From the IMG/VR virus record IMGVR_UViG_3300032224_001477, positions 12,209-76,208 of that record: 64,000 bases of DNA, one strand, 5' to 3'. Made by a program: the position numbers and the translations under genes. This document shows positions 27,186-38,700 of the stretch, one piece after another (within the stretch, counting starts at the first letter, position 1; each line of letters starts with the position of its first letter). The notes under the pieces are model-generated. The model saw only the letters and a program-made list of their open reading frames with translations, made no database searches and was not told where the DNA came from. The stretch is from a virus.

Positions 27186-28534
27186 AGAAGCCTGCCCGAC
27201 GGCGAGCGTCTTGATCCCCCACCTGCCATGGTGCCAAATCTTCCCGTGTTCACAAAGAAACGTGGAGGGGGTCGGACGTTCGCCGTTGTGGTGGATGAGG
27301 GGCTCATGCCGTCCTCATCATCTTCATTTTTTTTACGTGGTTTAAAGTCGGGGATATTACCGGCAGACTGAACTCGATTGGCTTGCTTAGCTGCCAGCTC
27401 GGCAATCATCCCTTGTGTGTCGGGGTTGCTCAGGAAGGACATGATGTCTGGCTCCGAGGCTTTGTCTTGAATCCCAATGGGGGCTTTAACTGCCTGCTCT
27501 GCCATTGCTACGGATTCCTTAGCGGAAGGTTTGTAAGTATCGGCCGATGGCTTGGGTTCAGGAGTCTTATTGATTTGCTCCTGCTGTCTCCTGCTCAGCT
27601 CTTCAAAAGCCTTTTGGAAGTTACCCTCGGTAGCGTCCATACCTTTTTCTTTAAGCCAGTTGCTAGCTTCTTCAATCCCGATAGAAGGCACGTTCTTTGT
27701 GGGCTGCTCCGGCCCCGCTGACTTTGCGTTAGCTACTGCCGTAGGCTCTTCAGACTTTAAGATACCCATAGCGTCCATAGCTTTGTCGCCAACCATTGGT
27801 AGTAAAGTGCCACCAGCAAAAGCCCCAATCCCCGGCGCCCCCACTCTGCCTCCTAACGCCGCACCAACTTTTGAACCGATACCAACCAGCGCGGTGTTTA
27901 CCGCCTGACGAGCCAGCTTTTTATTTGACTCAGGTTTATCCAGGGCCTCCGTGAAAGACTGTCCCTTATCCATATCTGACTTCATCTCCCATGCTCTACT
28001 GACAGCTGGAAATGCAGCATACGCAGTCGCCATTTTATTATTCAACACCGCCTTACCTATCTTAGAACCCGAGGCTTTTCCTAAACCCTTACCTGTTGCC
28101 TCCCCAAGATTTTTAAATTCTTGCCCCAGGCCCTGCACATATTTTCCAAAAGGTCCCGCTTCTTTAGCCGCACCGGCCGCCGCCTTACCGGCTGTATCCG
28201 CTGCCGCTTTGCCAACCGCAGTCGCTTCAGCCGTAACCGCGTCCTTTGTAGCTTTGGCCGCAGGGTTAGTGGCTACGGACTTTAACTTGGCGCCTTTGGC
28301 TTTAGGTGCGGTAGTTTCAACAGGCGCAGATCCCTCAACCTTTGGAACGCTTTGAGTTGGGTTCTTGCCTGCCCACCCAGCAGGAAGCTGAGCTTCAACT
28401 TCTTGTAGCGCACCCTTCTCAAGCAAGTCACCCAAACGGGTTTGTGTTTCCGGGGGCTGCGTCTTCAACCACTCTCTTATCTGGGTTACTTTATCTACCT
28501 TAACCGAGGGCTTGGTTTTAATCTTTGGCGCCAT
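27182..28534 (-). CDS. Putative internal virion protein
   Basis: Ala/Lys/Gly-rich 450 aa with glycine-zipper segment; AAGGAG SD. Confidence 0.55.
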   Translation of the reverse strand: MAPKIKTKPSVKVDKVTQIREWLKTQPPETQTRLGDLLEKGALQEVEAQLPAGWAGKNPTQSVPKVEGSAPVETTAPKAKGAKLKSVATNPAAKATKDAVTAEATAVGKAAADTAGKAAAGAAKEAGPFGKYVQGLGQEFKNLGEATGKGLGKASGSKIGKAVLNNKMATAYAAFPAVSRAWEMKSDMDKGQSFTEALDKPESNKKLARQAVNTALVGIGSKVGAALGGRVGAPGIGAFAGGTLLPMVGDKAMDAMGILKSEEPTAVANAKSAGPEQPTKNVPSIGIEEASNWLKEKGMDATEGNFQKAFEELSRRQQEQINKTPEPKPSADTYKPSAKESVAMAEQAVKAPIGIQDKASEPDIMSFLSNPDTQGMIAELAAKQANRVQSAGNIPDFKPRKKNEDDEDGMSPSSTTTANVRPPPRFFVNTGRFGTMAGGGSRRSPSGRLL

Positions 28535-28546
28535 ATGTATTACTCC

Positions 28547-28575
28547 TTTTTAGCTACTGTCAACCATTAGTCAAT
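28547..28575 (-). promoter_or_regulatory. Promoter, recurring motif
   Basis: - strand ATTGACT-AATGGTT-GACAGTA-GC-TAAAAA. Confidence 0.6.
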
Positions 28576-28576
28576 A

Positions 28577-28723
28577 TTATCGCTTGCCTAGCCCTCGGCG
28601 GGCTCTTGCTTGAAACTCTTTCTTTCCGTATTTCTTACGACCGATCCAGGCAGCCAGGGCTCTTGGATCCTGTGCCCCCTGCTTATCCAGCTTGTTGACC
28701 AGCTTCTTATACTTGGAAATCAT
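28577..28723 (-). CDS. Small basic protein (48 aa)
   Basis: MISKYKKLV...DPRALAAWIGRKKYGKKEFQ. Confidence 0.6.
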   Translation of the reverse strand: MISKYKKLVNKLDKQGAQDPRALAAWIGRKKYGKKEFQARARRGLGKR

Positions 28724-28884
28724 TTTTGTTTTTGCTCCTTCTCCCATTGATCATCATCACCGTCATCGTCTTTATCTTTAAAGGCCCAAGGCATACGACT
28801 GCCCGGGTGCTTGGAAAGAAGCCAGTCAGTTTCTGGATGCTCTTCACGGGCAATCTGTCTTGGCTTTCTTTTCTTACCGGCCAT
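28720..28884 (-). CDS. Small charged protein (54 aa)
   Basis: Fills the gap between neighbours with ATGA overlap. Confidence 0.45.
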   Translation of the reverse strand: MAGKKRKPRQIAREEHPETDWLLSKHPGSRMPWAFKDKDDDGDDDQWEKEQKQK

Positions 28885-28886
28885 GA

Positions 28887-29690
28887 CTACCCGTTAAAGA
28901 ACCCTGGGAACTTATATTTAATTGGCTGTTGATAATCGAAGGTTGGTTTGTTCAGACTGTTAGCGTAGTCAGCGAGCATCATGTTGGTCGCGTTCGACCC
29001 AGCTGAATCCCCTGCCCCAGCAAATCCCTCAAGCAATCCGGCTATGCCACCCATGATATCTAACCCCGAGCTAGTAGAACTCCCCGCCACTGCCCCGGCG
29101 CCCATACCCTTCCCCATCAATGCGCCTCGACTTGGGCTGTTCGAAGACATGAGGTCTTCTTTTTTTAAGGAGAACCCAGGCTCTAAGGGTTGACTGGCGG
29201 CCTGATTGCCTACGGGCATTGAAGACTTAATCTCTGGAAGCAGGCGATCAACGCTCTTCATTGCGCCCATGATAGAGTTTGAATATTCTCGGGGGTTGGT
29301 TGTAGCGTACCCAGAGGTGGCTAAGGCGTTGGCAAAACCCGCAGGGTCTGCTTGCCCGCGAACATTTTTGTACCTGTCTGTAGATAAGAACTTGGTGTAC
29401 TCATCTGCGTATTGGTTGAAGTCATTAAACTTTTTGAAGTCGGCTTCAGTGTTAATCACCTTGCCGTTAACGGTTTCTTTTGTCGGCATCCGCACGGACG
29501 GCCCGCCCTTCCACTCTTTAATCCCGCCGAAATTATTTGCTGCCTTCGCAAGCTTGCTTGTCCCCCAACCAGATTCCATAGCCCACTGCGCCATGACCGC
29601 ATTACTTGGGACACCTAATCTTGCGGCTACGCGTTCGGCAGGGACAACTGCTGCTTTGATAAAGTCGATCTGTTCTTGTCTTGTAGCCAT
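28887..29690 (-). CDS. GH73 glucosaminidase/FlgJ-like virion peptidoglycan hydrolase
   Basis: AQWAMESGWG.S, NNFGGIK, TKE, GYAT.P..Y motifs; low-complexity C-terminus. Confidence 0.9.
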   Translation of the reverse strand: MATRQEQIDFIKAAVVPAERVAARLGVPSNAVMAQWAMESGWGTSKLAKAANNFGGIKEWKGGPSVRMPTKETVNGKVINTEADFKKFNDFNQYADEYTKFLSTDRYKNVRGQADPAGFANALATSGYATTNPREYSNSIMGAMKSVDRLLPEIKSSMPVGNQAASQPLEPGFSLKKEDLMSSNSPSRGALMGKGMGAGAVAGSSTSSGLDIMGGIAGLLEGFAGAGDSAGSNATNMMLADYANSLNKPTFDYQQPIKYKFPGFFNG

Positions 29691-29698
29691 ATATTTAT

Positions 29699-29727
29699 AT
29701 TCTAATTACTTACGTTTTGTGGTCAAT
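29699..29727 (-). promoter_or_regulatory. Promoter, recurring motif
   Basis: - strand ATTGACC-ACAAAAC-GTAAGTA-AT-TAGAAT, 8 nt before ATG 29690. Confidence 0.65.
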
Positions 29728-29731
29728 AATC

Positions 29732-32700
29732 CTACAGCTTTACACCTTGCCGGATTAGCTCCGGTGTCAGCTGTGCCTTTGCAGTAGCGGTTGCTTTTTG
29801 CCCCAGCTTGGTCAAATAATCGTCTAACTGTTCGGTGCTCATGCGCTTCGCCATTGAGAAGAACGAAGGACTACGAACAACCTGGGCGATAACCTTTCCT
29901 CGTAGCTCTCTAAATCTATAGAACTGCTCGTCATTAAGCGGGTAGTTTTGAACTGTCTGTCCTCTTCGAGCGTCTGGGATAAAGGCTTTCTTGGCTGACA
30001 ACAGTTTGAAGAGAGGGTCTGCTTCAGAAGTATTGATAAACCTCTGTAAGAACAGCAACCTCTCCGGCCCTGCGGGAGCATTAACCACCTCACCCAATAC
30101 ATTGAGTTGCGGCTGCCCAGTCATGCTCTTCAAGATCGGCACTTTGTTAAACAACCATTTACCCACAAAGCTTGTCTGTTGTTGCGGAATGGGTTCAAAG
30201 ACTTGATCCGCTTGCTTAATAATGTTGGGCACTGCGTTGCCGACCGCACCCGAAAAGAAGTTCTGTGCGGCCGATACGTCCTGACCTTCAGAAGTTCCGT
30301 CCAGCATCTTAAACAAGTTGGACAACCCCTGCAGGAATGATTGATTGAAGGGCACCTGAATGGTAGCGAGCGCGGCCGATGTAAGCTTTTCACCCATGTC
30401 TTTTTCACGACCCCTCGGATAGTTTGAGGTATCAAACCACGTTCCAACAATCGCCAATGGGATTGCTAGCGGGGTGGACAGATAGCTAACTTTAACGCTA
30501 TTGCCACCAAAGGAGAATGAGTACGGTACGTAACCAGCTTCGCGTGCCTGCTTTCTAGCTGCAGGATCTGAAGGTCCACCACCAGTGATATTAAAGCCGT
30601 CATCCTGTCCGTCGTCGTCCTTATCTTTTAGCATGTTAGACAAGCCAGCCAACACAAGCATGCCGGCTGTACCAAGAGTTGCTTGAATAGCGTAAAGGCT
30701 GCCCTGCTCGATCAGCTTGATTTGTTCCAACTGTTCTACCGACTTAGCCAGCCCACTTGTCTTTTTTGTGCCGGCCTTACCCCAAGCCAGGAAGGCTCGG
30801 TACGCACCGATCGGAGTATAGTTGATGCTTTCGTTGGTAACATTTGAAACGATCTTGGTGAAAGGAACAAATAGCGGACCGAGAATTGGATGCTGTTGAG
30901 AGAATGTTCCAATACATTTGGCTATGTTGCCAAGCACTCCATACGGCGCGTTATTATATGTGGCGTACAAAGATAGATCTTCGGCCCGGCGCATAATCGA
31001 AGCTCTCTCAGGATCTTTGAGTATTGCTTGATCCCTGAGTTCATATACTCGCTTCGTAAACTCTGCAGTGCCTGGCTTCAAACCCTCATCGTTGATGGCC
31101 ACATTTGTAGCGTAAGCAACGAAATTGTCTGTTTGATTAAGAAGCCGAGCCGCCTCTTCTTCAGGCGACAACTTGGTAAGCCCATTCTCAACATTCTCGA
31201 TTGCCTGGATCTGGGCTTGGATAGCTGCAAAACCTTCCAGTGCAGAACGGCCGAACAATGCGTCCGAAGCTGCCATAATTCGGAAAATATACTTACCCTT
31301 GGACAGCACCTTTTTCATGAGGGTGTCTGTATCCATTGATTCAAGAGCATTGATACTAGCTTCATCCACGTACTTACCATTTGTTCTTAGGTTGATGTCT
31401 CCGTGAAGTAGGATTCCTTTAGCTTCTGCAAAAGCAATGGTGTGCATGGATGCCAAGAATGTTTTGTATCCTAGGGCCATGTACTTTGCGGCCAGCAGAG
31501 GGTTGCCTCTGGCTGTAGCTGCAGCCAACGAGTAAGTTGCAATATCCGCGATTGACTTAAAGGCCGTCGAGACAAAGTTCATCCAGAAAGTTGCTGGGCC
31601 TGAAAGCATGGACATGTACCAGTAAGCGGAGATCTGAGGGAGGGCATCAGACTTTGTCGCTCCGTGAAGAACTCTGAGCGCCTCTTGGAACTTTCTATCC
31701 TTCTGGAAGCCATCAGGTAATTCAGCTGCCTCTTCCATCATGCGCCTTAGGGTTTCGGCCGTGTTCACATCAAAAGATGGGAACTTACCAAGACTGTCGA
31801 TGCTTGAAAGAACCACCTCCTCGTTGATTGCACCTAAGGCAGCCAACTCAAGAATCTTCCTTGCGTCTCCCGCAATCGCATTCTCCAGGGTGTTGCCCGT
31901 CCGAGAGATTGGCGGCTTAACCACTTCGTGCATTTCGCTAAGCAATTGCTCAATGCGTTCAGACTTTAGCTCGGGGATGGTCATGCCCGCACGGTTCACA
32001 ATCTTTCTTCCAAGCGTACGACCACGAAGACTTAAAGCTTTTCCAAGCTGGGTTTGCATGTTTGCTTTCACCATGTCCGCCAACTCTTGAAACCTAAGCG
32101 GAGCATTTTCGTAGTCGGGCAACAGCCGGGACAGCACTTTGACTAGGTCTTCCCCACTGAACTGCTCGTAGTGATTCCTGATGATAGTAACGATGTCGTC
32201 CGCGTTGTTTTCTCGCAGTGCTTGAGAGTAAAGCCTGTTGATCTGTTCGATAAGGCTTTGTACGCCCTTGTCCTTAAGGGTGAGTCCTAGTGCAACATCC
32301 TGAAGCTCCCTGACTTCTTTACGAATTTCTTCGTTTTGGGTGGCTACCCTATCTTTTACACCTCTGCGGGTCTCAGCAAGACGCGTAATGTATTCGTTAA
32401 CCATGCCAGCCGGCGTGTACATCAAGAGTTCTTTTAGAAGTTTGTACCCAATCGATATTGTCTGCCCCATGTTGCGACCGAGATTGGCTATATAGGTAAG
32501 AAGATCTGATGCTCTTTTGACCTGACCCCTCTCCCTGAAACGACGAATTGCGTAACTGGCGAGCAGAACAATCTGTCGCTGGTTTAATTTGTAGGGTTGA
32601 CCCCCAATATCGATATCCTGAGTTTTGTCGGCATCGGGTCCAACCTGCGTTAACCACATTGAAATCTTTTCGGGACTTAACTCATCGAGAACGCCTTCAA

Positions 32701-35700
32701 CTGCCTCGATTGCCCCTTCATCAGCAAGATATGAGAGGTCTGCTTTTTGCGATGCTTTTTCGTAGGTCGGTACACCGTCCTGGTAGATCTCGGCCGCTCG
32801 GGCTGCCGCGGACAAAGGTTGAGCCCCGATCGGTCGGGCTTGATCAATAGCTTCTCCCAAAGAGTTTAACCCAGGAGCTTCAGAGCTTGGCACGTTATAC
32901 GACGGGGGCGCTACGTAATCGGAGTAGAACCGATCGTATACCGTGTTGATCTTGTAATAGGTTTCGTAAAGACTTCTCGCCCTTGGGTCGGAAGAGTTCT
33001 TAAGAGTGCTGAAAAGATTAAATATAGAATCAAGAACCGTACGCAACCACCCAAGGAACGACCTGCGTCGCGCCCTGGAAAAGGTGTCGAGGTTTCTTAC
33101 CTGTTGCCTGGACTGTCCCTGGATCAGGTTGGATACACGATCTTGAACCTGAAGGCTGCGGACAAGCTCAAGACTCTCGGTAAACACCTTGGCGCCCTGA
33201 CTCTTATCAAGCTCAAGAAGAACTCGGAAGAACTCAGCAACCAGCACTTCATCGCTTTCTTTGGTCTCGGGATAAAGTTCGCCGAGCGCTTGTTCAACTG
33301 AAACCGCTTTCTTGCCCGGCAACTTGACCATGAGCCCGTTGTCTTCTGAGCGAAGGAAGTCCGCTGCCTCACGAACTCTGGTGTTGTAGTAAGACACCCA
33401 AGATACCCCACCATTGGGGAAACGCGCTCGGTATTCTTTTCGGAGCTGTTCGAAGTAAGAAAGATGCGCCACTTCGTGGGTAATAAGTTGGTCCATCAAA
33501 GCCGCGGTAAGGTTGTTGTATGTGTTCCTTGCATCGCCGTCCAAGAATTTAATATCTTTCTGCTGGAAAAGTTTATCTGCCAGAAGTTCTGGGTTAACAA
33601 AGATGGTTGAGTTGATTGGGTCATTTGCGTTTTCGGAACCGCGAACCGTGAACACAGGGTATTTCTCTTTGGTGTTTGAGACGAAGTTGACGTTCTTTAG
33701 ACCTCTGCGACGAGCAATAAAGCGAAGGTATTCCATCGCCTTCTCTTGTCTTGGATCCTCGAGGTTAAGAAGGTTTGAATCAAAGCTAACCCCGGCGTCA
33801 GCAAAGCCTGACTCGGTAGCATATTTAGCAGCTCCGGCCACATCGGCCTGAACCTTCTTCATCCTGGAGCGGTCCGCTTGCTTGATGTAAGGATCGTTGA
33901 TCTTGCGCATTTCACTGAGCGCAGCGGCCGAGTTAAACGGAGCACGACTTTCAAAGGCCGGCAGGAGAATGTTAAACAAGAGATCCTTGACCCGAGTCCT
34001 ATCGTTTTGTGGGCTGATCAGTTCTTCCGGGGCCAGCGTGCGGTCGAATTTACCAACTGGGTCCAGCAGTTGCTCGATCATCTGCTCGCGGGTTACGCTA
34101 TTGAGCCTGTAAATTCTATGAAGAAGATTCGTAATCCGCATCGCAGCGTCGTTCAACGACTCAAGAGGACTGTTTTCCAGAATCGCCAACATAGCTTTAG
34201 AGAGTGAACCCTTACGCGCTACGTCCGCTACAATTCTATTTAGCTCTTTCCTAGGGTCAGTGCCTTTTGCAATATCCGCACCCGCGGCCTTAACCGCAGC
34301 CCGGATCTCACTGTCCTTCTCGAGCTCTGTTTGAGCCTCTTGATCGTACAATTCAAGGACGTCCTTAACTTTCTGAGCATCCGAGAACTCCTGCATATTA
34401 TTACGTTCAAGTTCCTTAAGAATGCCCTCGTACCTGTCTTGCGCGATTTGACGAAGCACAGGTTCTTGAATGAAAGAGGAAGGAATGCCAGATAGTGACC
34501 CGAATACTTTGTTAAGCAACGCGCCACTGAGAAAGCCTTTGCCTTTTCCTTTGTCACCGACTTGCGACCCACTTTTGATTTTGATGGTGGGAAACAGAAT
34601 ATCCAGCTGGGCGTTGCTCTTGCCGTTGTACATGGAAGGACGGTATCCCGAAGTGAATCCAAAGCCTTCACGCATAATGATGTCATGAACAGCTCTGGGG
34701 ATGAAAGGCAGGGTGTTGCGGTATGCGGCCATCTTATTGATGAACGCTTCGAACTTTGTCCTGCGTTTGTTTTTGGTTGGTAGTGTTTCATATTTGTCTA
34801 GCTCCGTAAAATATCCTTCGTTATCGAGGCCAATCTGCGCGTCGTAATCACTGCCCATATCTTCCGGTGTGAGACTAGCTTCAAAGATATCTTCAACTGG
34901 TCTTCCCTCTTTCACCTCCTCTGTTCTGCCTTCAAGTGAAACAAAAGACTTCTCTCTCAACTTCATCGAATCTGCAATCAGACTAACCCGCCTTGCTAAA
35001 CCAAGAACTCCGGCATAGCCCTCAACCGACAAGGATGAAACAAACCCGTATAAAGTATTGGTTGGGCGACTTTCGTCTAGGTAGGTACCGCCAAAAGGCT
35101 CTTGAGTCATGCTGTCGTACTGCTTGAAGATCTTTCCAAACAACGCACTTAGTCGTCTTCTATTGTACTCAGCATCCCTATTCCCCCTGGCTTCCTCGAC
35201 CTTCAACTCCTCATTGTTTGTCTCGAGCACCTCTGGAGCTCTCTTGCTGCGTATAAGCGCCTCGATAAACACTCTTCGCAGCATCTCACTGTCCTTTGAA
35301 TTCTCAGGAGTAGTGACGCTGAGGTTATCTACAAGGCTTCTAACCTCGGTTTCAGACAAGCCACTTTGCTTGGCTCGGGTTAGCAAATGCTCCAAGGGAC
35401 GGCCGGAGCGCCCTGCTGCGTTGCGGTTGACCCCTACTTCGTAAGACCAACCCTTTGAAAGATCTTGTTCGTCAATCGGCGTATACACCATTCCGCTCTT
35501 AAAGACATTTACTGCATCTTGAATGATGCGTGGGAGCAGGGCTAGTTCTTCAGAGTCAAACGCTCCCTCGTCAATGGCTCTCTGCAGACGCGCATCAACA
35601 TCTTCGAGGAACAGAGAGTTCATGTCTCTCCTGGTGTTCGCAGCCATTGATTCTACCAGACTCTTTTCAATGCTTTCGCGAGTCTTGCCGAATCCATCCA

Positions 35701-38700
35701 GGTACGATTGAGCTATCGTCTGAAGCAATAGCGTGCGGTTCTTGATGTCGTCATCCGAGAAAGAAACATCATCAAGTGAAAGCGTGTCGACATCCGCCCC
35801 GCGATCCTCTCTCAACCAGGTGTTGATCTTGTTACCAAGGGCGGCTGCTTGCTCCCTAGTAAGCGCGGAAATCTCTTCAACGGTCATCCTTTTTGCACCA
35901 TAGGGCAGCTGACCAAGCCATTCGTTTGTCCTGTGGTTGTATACGCCTGAAACAAAAACGCCGTCCGCGGTCTTATCAAAACTTACGACATTACGAAGAA
36001 CCCTGATGACACTGTCCGACTCCTGCGTCTCTTTCGTGAAGTCCACCACAAAGCCTTCTTTAGCTCCTACGAACTGATTGAGAAGATTCTGATGGGCGAG
36101 AACCATATCTTGTATGGTTACGTTTTCGGGTAGGTAAATGTACTGACCGAGCTTATCCATATCCCGCGCCACAACCGCCGCGGATTCCAGTCGTTTGTCT
36201 TGAGCTATGATTTTAGATTCTTCGCGTCCTCGGAGTGGGGCTTTATCTCCTAGATACTCATTCGTCATCGGATCTGTAATGCCTGTGACAATGGCAAAAC
36301 CATCCCTTGAGGTGATGTCTGAAGGGTTACCGAATCTTGAAATGTAGGAGATTCTAGGAAGTACCAGCATTCGAACGTACTTTCCTTCCGGATCAGCCGC
36401 CTTGATGATAGCCGTCTTCTCTGGAGAAATTAACATGTGCAACCTGGCTGACTTAACGGCATTTGCACCTTCAGCTTGTTCCAGGGTCTGGCTGTATTCA
36501 TAGCCACCCATCCCACGACTGACCTCACCTGCCCCCTTTTGGCTTTCGAGTTCCGGTATTTGTTCATCCTCAAGGCCCTGCCCATAAGACTTCTCACCCA
36601 TAGCCAGTTGCTTATTGGCCGAAGGTTTATCGGTATAGGAAGGTACGGTGTCCCCGACTGTTGATACATTGCCACCGGCTATATTGGCGGCCGAACCCAT
36701 GTCATCCGACTTCTGGGTGTAAAAAGCCTTCTGTGCAAAATTGGTTTCTTCCTTAGCTCCGAACTCAACATCGCTGTTAAATTCGTTTTCTTGAGTCGTG
36801 AAGAATGGGTGAAGGAGTCTGTAGAAAAGAGTTGTGAAGTCCCTAGGCAAACCGGCTACGCCATGGGGCTCAGATGTAAATATGCCAAACTTTGTGGTTA
36901 TTTCCGTAATAATTAAGGCGCTACCGCTGGTCTCCACCCCGGTAAAGAACCCGGGGTAAGCTCTGACAAATTTGACGGTTTCCGGGTCTGTAATTACAAC
37001 CGGGCTGCCGTGCGAAGGCTTGTTTAATTCGGGCTTTTCCTTCCGCCTCGGCATGCTGGCCCCGAGCTTTTGCGCTACATCAAATGCAAACTTACTACGC
37101 CAGTCTTTACCAGGGAATTTGCCAAGCAGATTGCTTGCTTCCGCCCAACTCAAGTCATTTAGATCCTCAGGGGTTAGCTTTCTCTGTGCTTCCATCTCGG
37201 GACCCTCGTAAACGTTGATCGAGGTTGTCGGCAGCATGACGTCTGTGTCGGTAACGACGTTCGTGCCCTTGGCGTTCGCAATGAATTTGTTCCTAAACGA
37301 AAACGGAAGCGCCCGCATGACGTTCCTGGCTTTGTCCATCAGATAAAGCATGTTCTCTTTGAACACAACGCCCGGGAACTCTTGAATCTCGATCGCGTTT
37401 GCTGGGGTAAAGATAGCTGCGGCAGGAGCTTCTTCACCGACTACCTCTCCATTCTTAAACAACTGAACATTGTCGGGTCTTAAGGGCGCTCCACCTGCCC
37501 TACTGTCTTCGGCCTCGTAAACTTCGAATGTAGTTTGAACTGATTGCGGACTATAGACCTGGCTTCTTAGTTTTGGATCTTGATCAATAAACTTTAAAGA
37601 CCAACCCTCTTGACTCTCCCATGCGGCACGACCCCCGGGGGTCCGCAAGTCGGGAGTAACAACAGAAGTCACTACGTATTTCGTGGGGTCGTTCTCAAAA
37701 CTGATCACATCTCCCACTCTTGCAAAAGCTCTGCGTGTAGTGCTCTTTCTCCTGCCGTCCTGAATTAATTGTAGGGTAGTTGTTCCATTCGGGTATCTGT
37801 CTTGCAGATCCTGTCGCAATCCTTCTTTCGGCACAGGGTACCGCATTGGTACTTTTGCAGGTTGGGCCTCATTGGTTGGTCTGGGTGAGTCGGTAAAAGG
37901 CAGGAAGATATCTAAGTTCGCAAGATTTCCGGCTCGTGGGTCTCTTGCGATAGCTTTTGCCAGCATCTGCATGTACGTGCCAGGGAAGTTCAAGGACCAT
38001 GGGTTTTGCTCCCGCACAGCCAGATACATCTTTGCTAGAATATTCTGGTCTTCTGCGTAGCCCTTAACAATTTCAAGCGCTGACTTTACAAGGTATTGAG
38101 CATCCCTGGTTATCTTAGCTCCCGGCTTTACGGAATTCACCGCATAGATGGCTTCCTGCAGGGTCGTAATCTGCTCAGGAGTCAGAGGCCGAAGAGCTGG
38201 GGTAGCGCTTCTACCCATCCTGCGCTCCTCGTTATCCAGAATTACTTCTTGTGCGTACTTGGCTATGTCGAGAGGAGGCGGTGGAACAAATCTCTTTTTC
38301 GGGTCGTTAATCGCTCTTGGATCAACTGAATAGATTTGGTTCATGTAGCTGGACCGGGCCTGACTCTTCTTGGCTTCAGTCATCTCCTCTGTGGGAGCCA
38401 TACCGACCCAGTCTGAATCCTGCCGACCCAACCCGTTCATCTCATTCATGTAATCCGTGCGTACGCCGTATACTCGTAGCGAACCATCAAGAGGATTAAC
38501 CAGGGAGTTAAGAACCGCGTTTAGCTCCTGCACAGAAGCCTTAACCCATTCCGGTGAGTTCTTAATAACAATACCCATGTCGGGATTCTTCGATATCGCT
38601 TCCGAAATTCTAGATACCCCAGACTCAAGCCAAACAATACGTTGAGCCCTTATCTTATTTTGCATTTCGCCGTACTGAAGGGTGACCTCGCGTATGCGAT

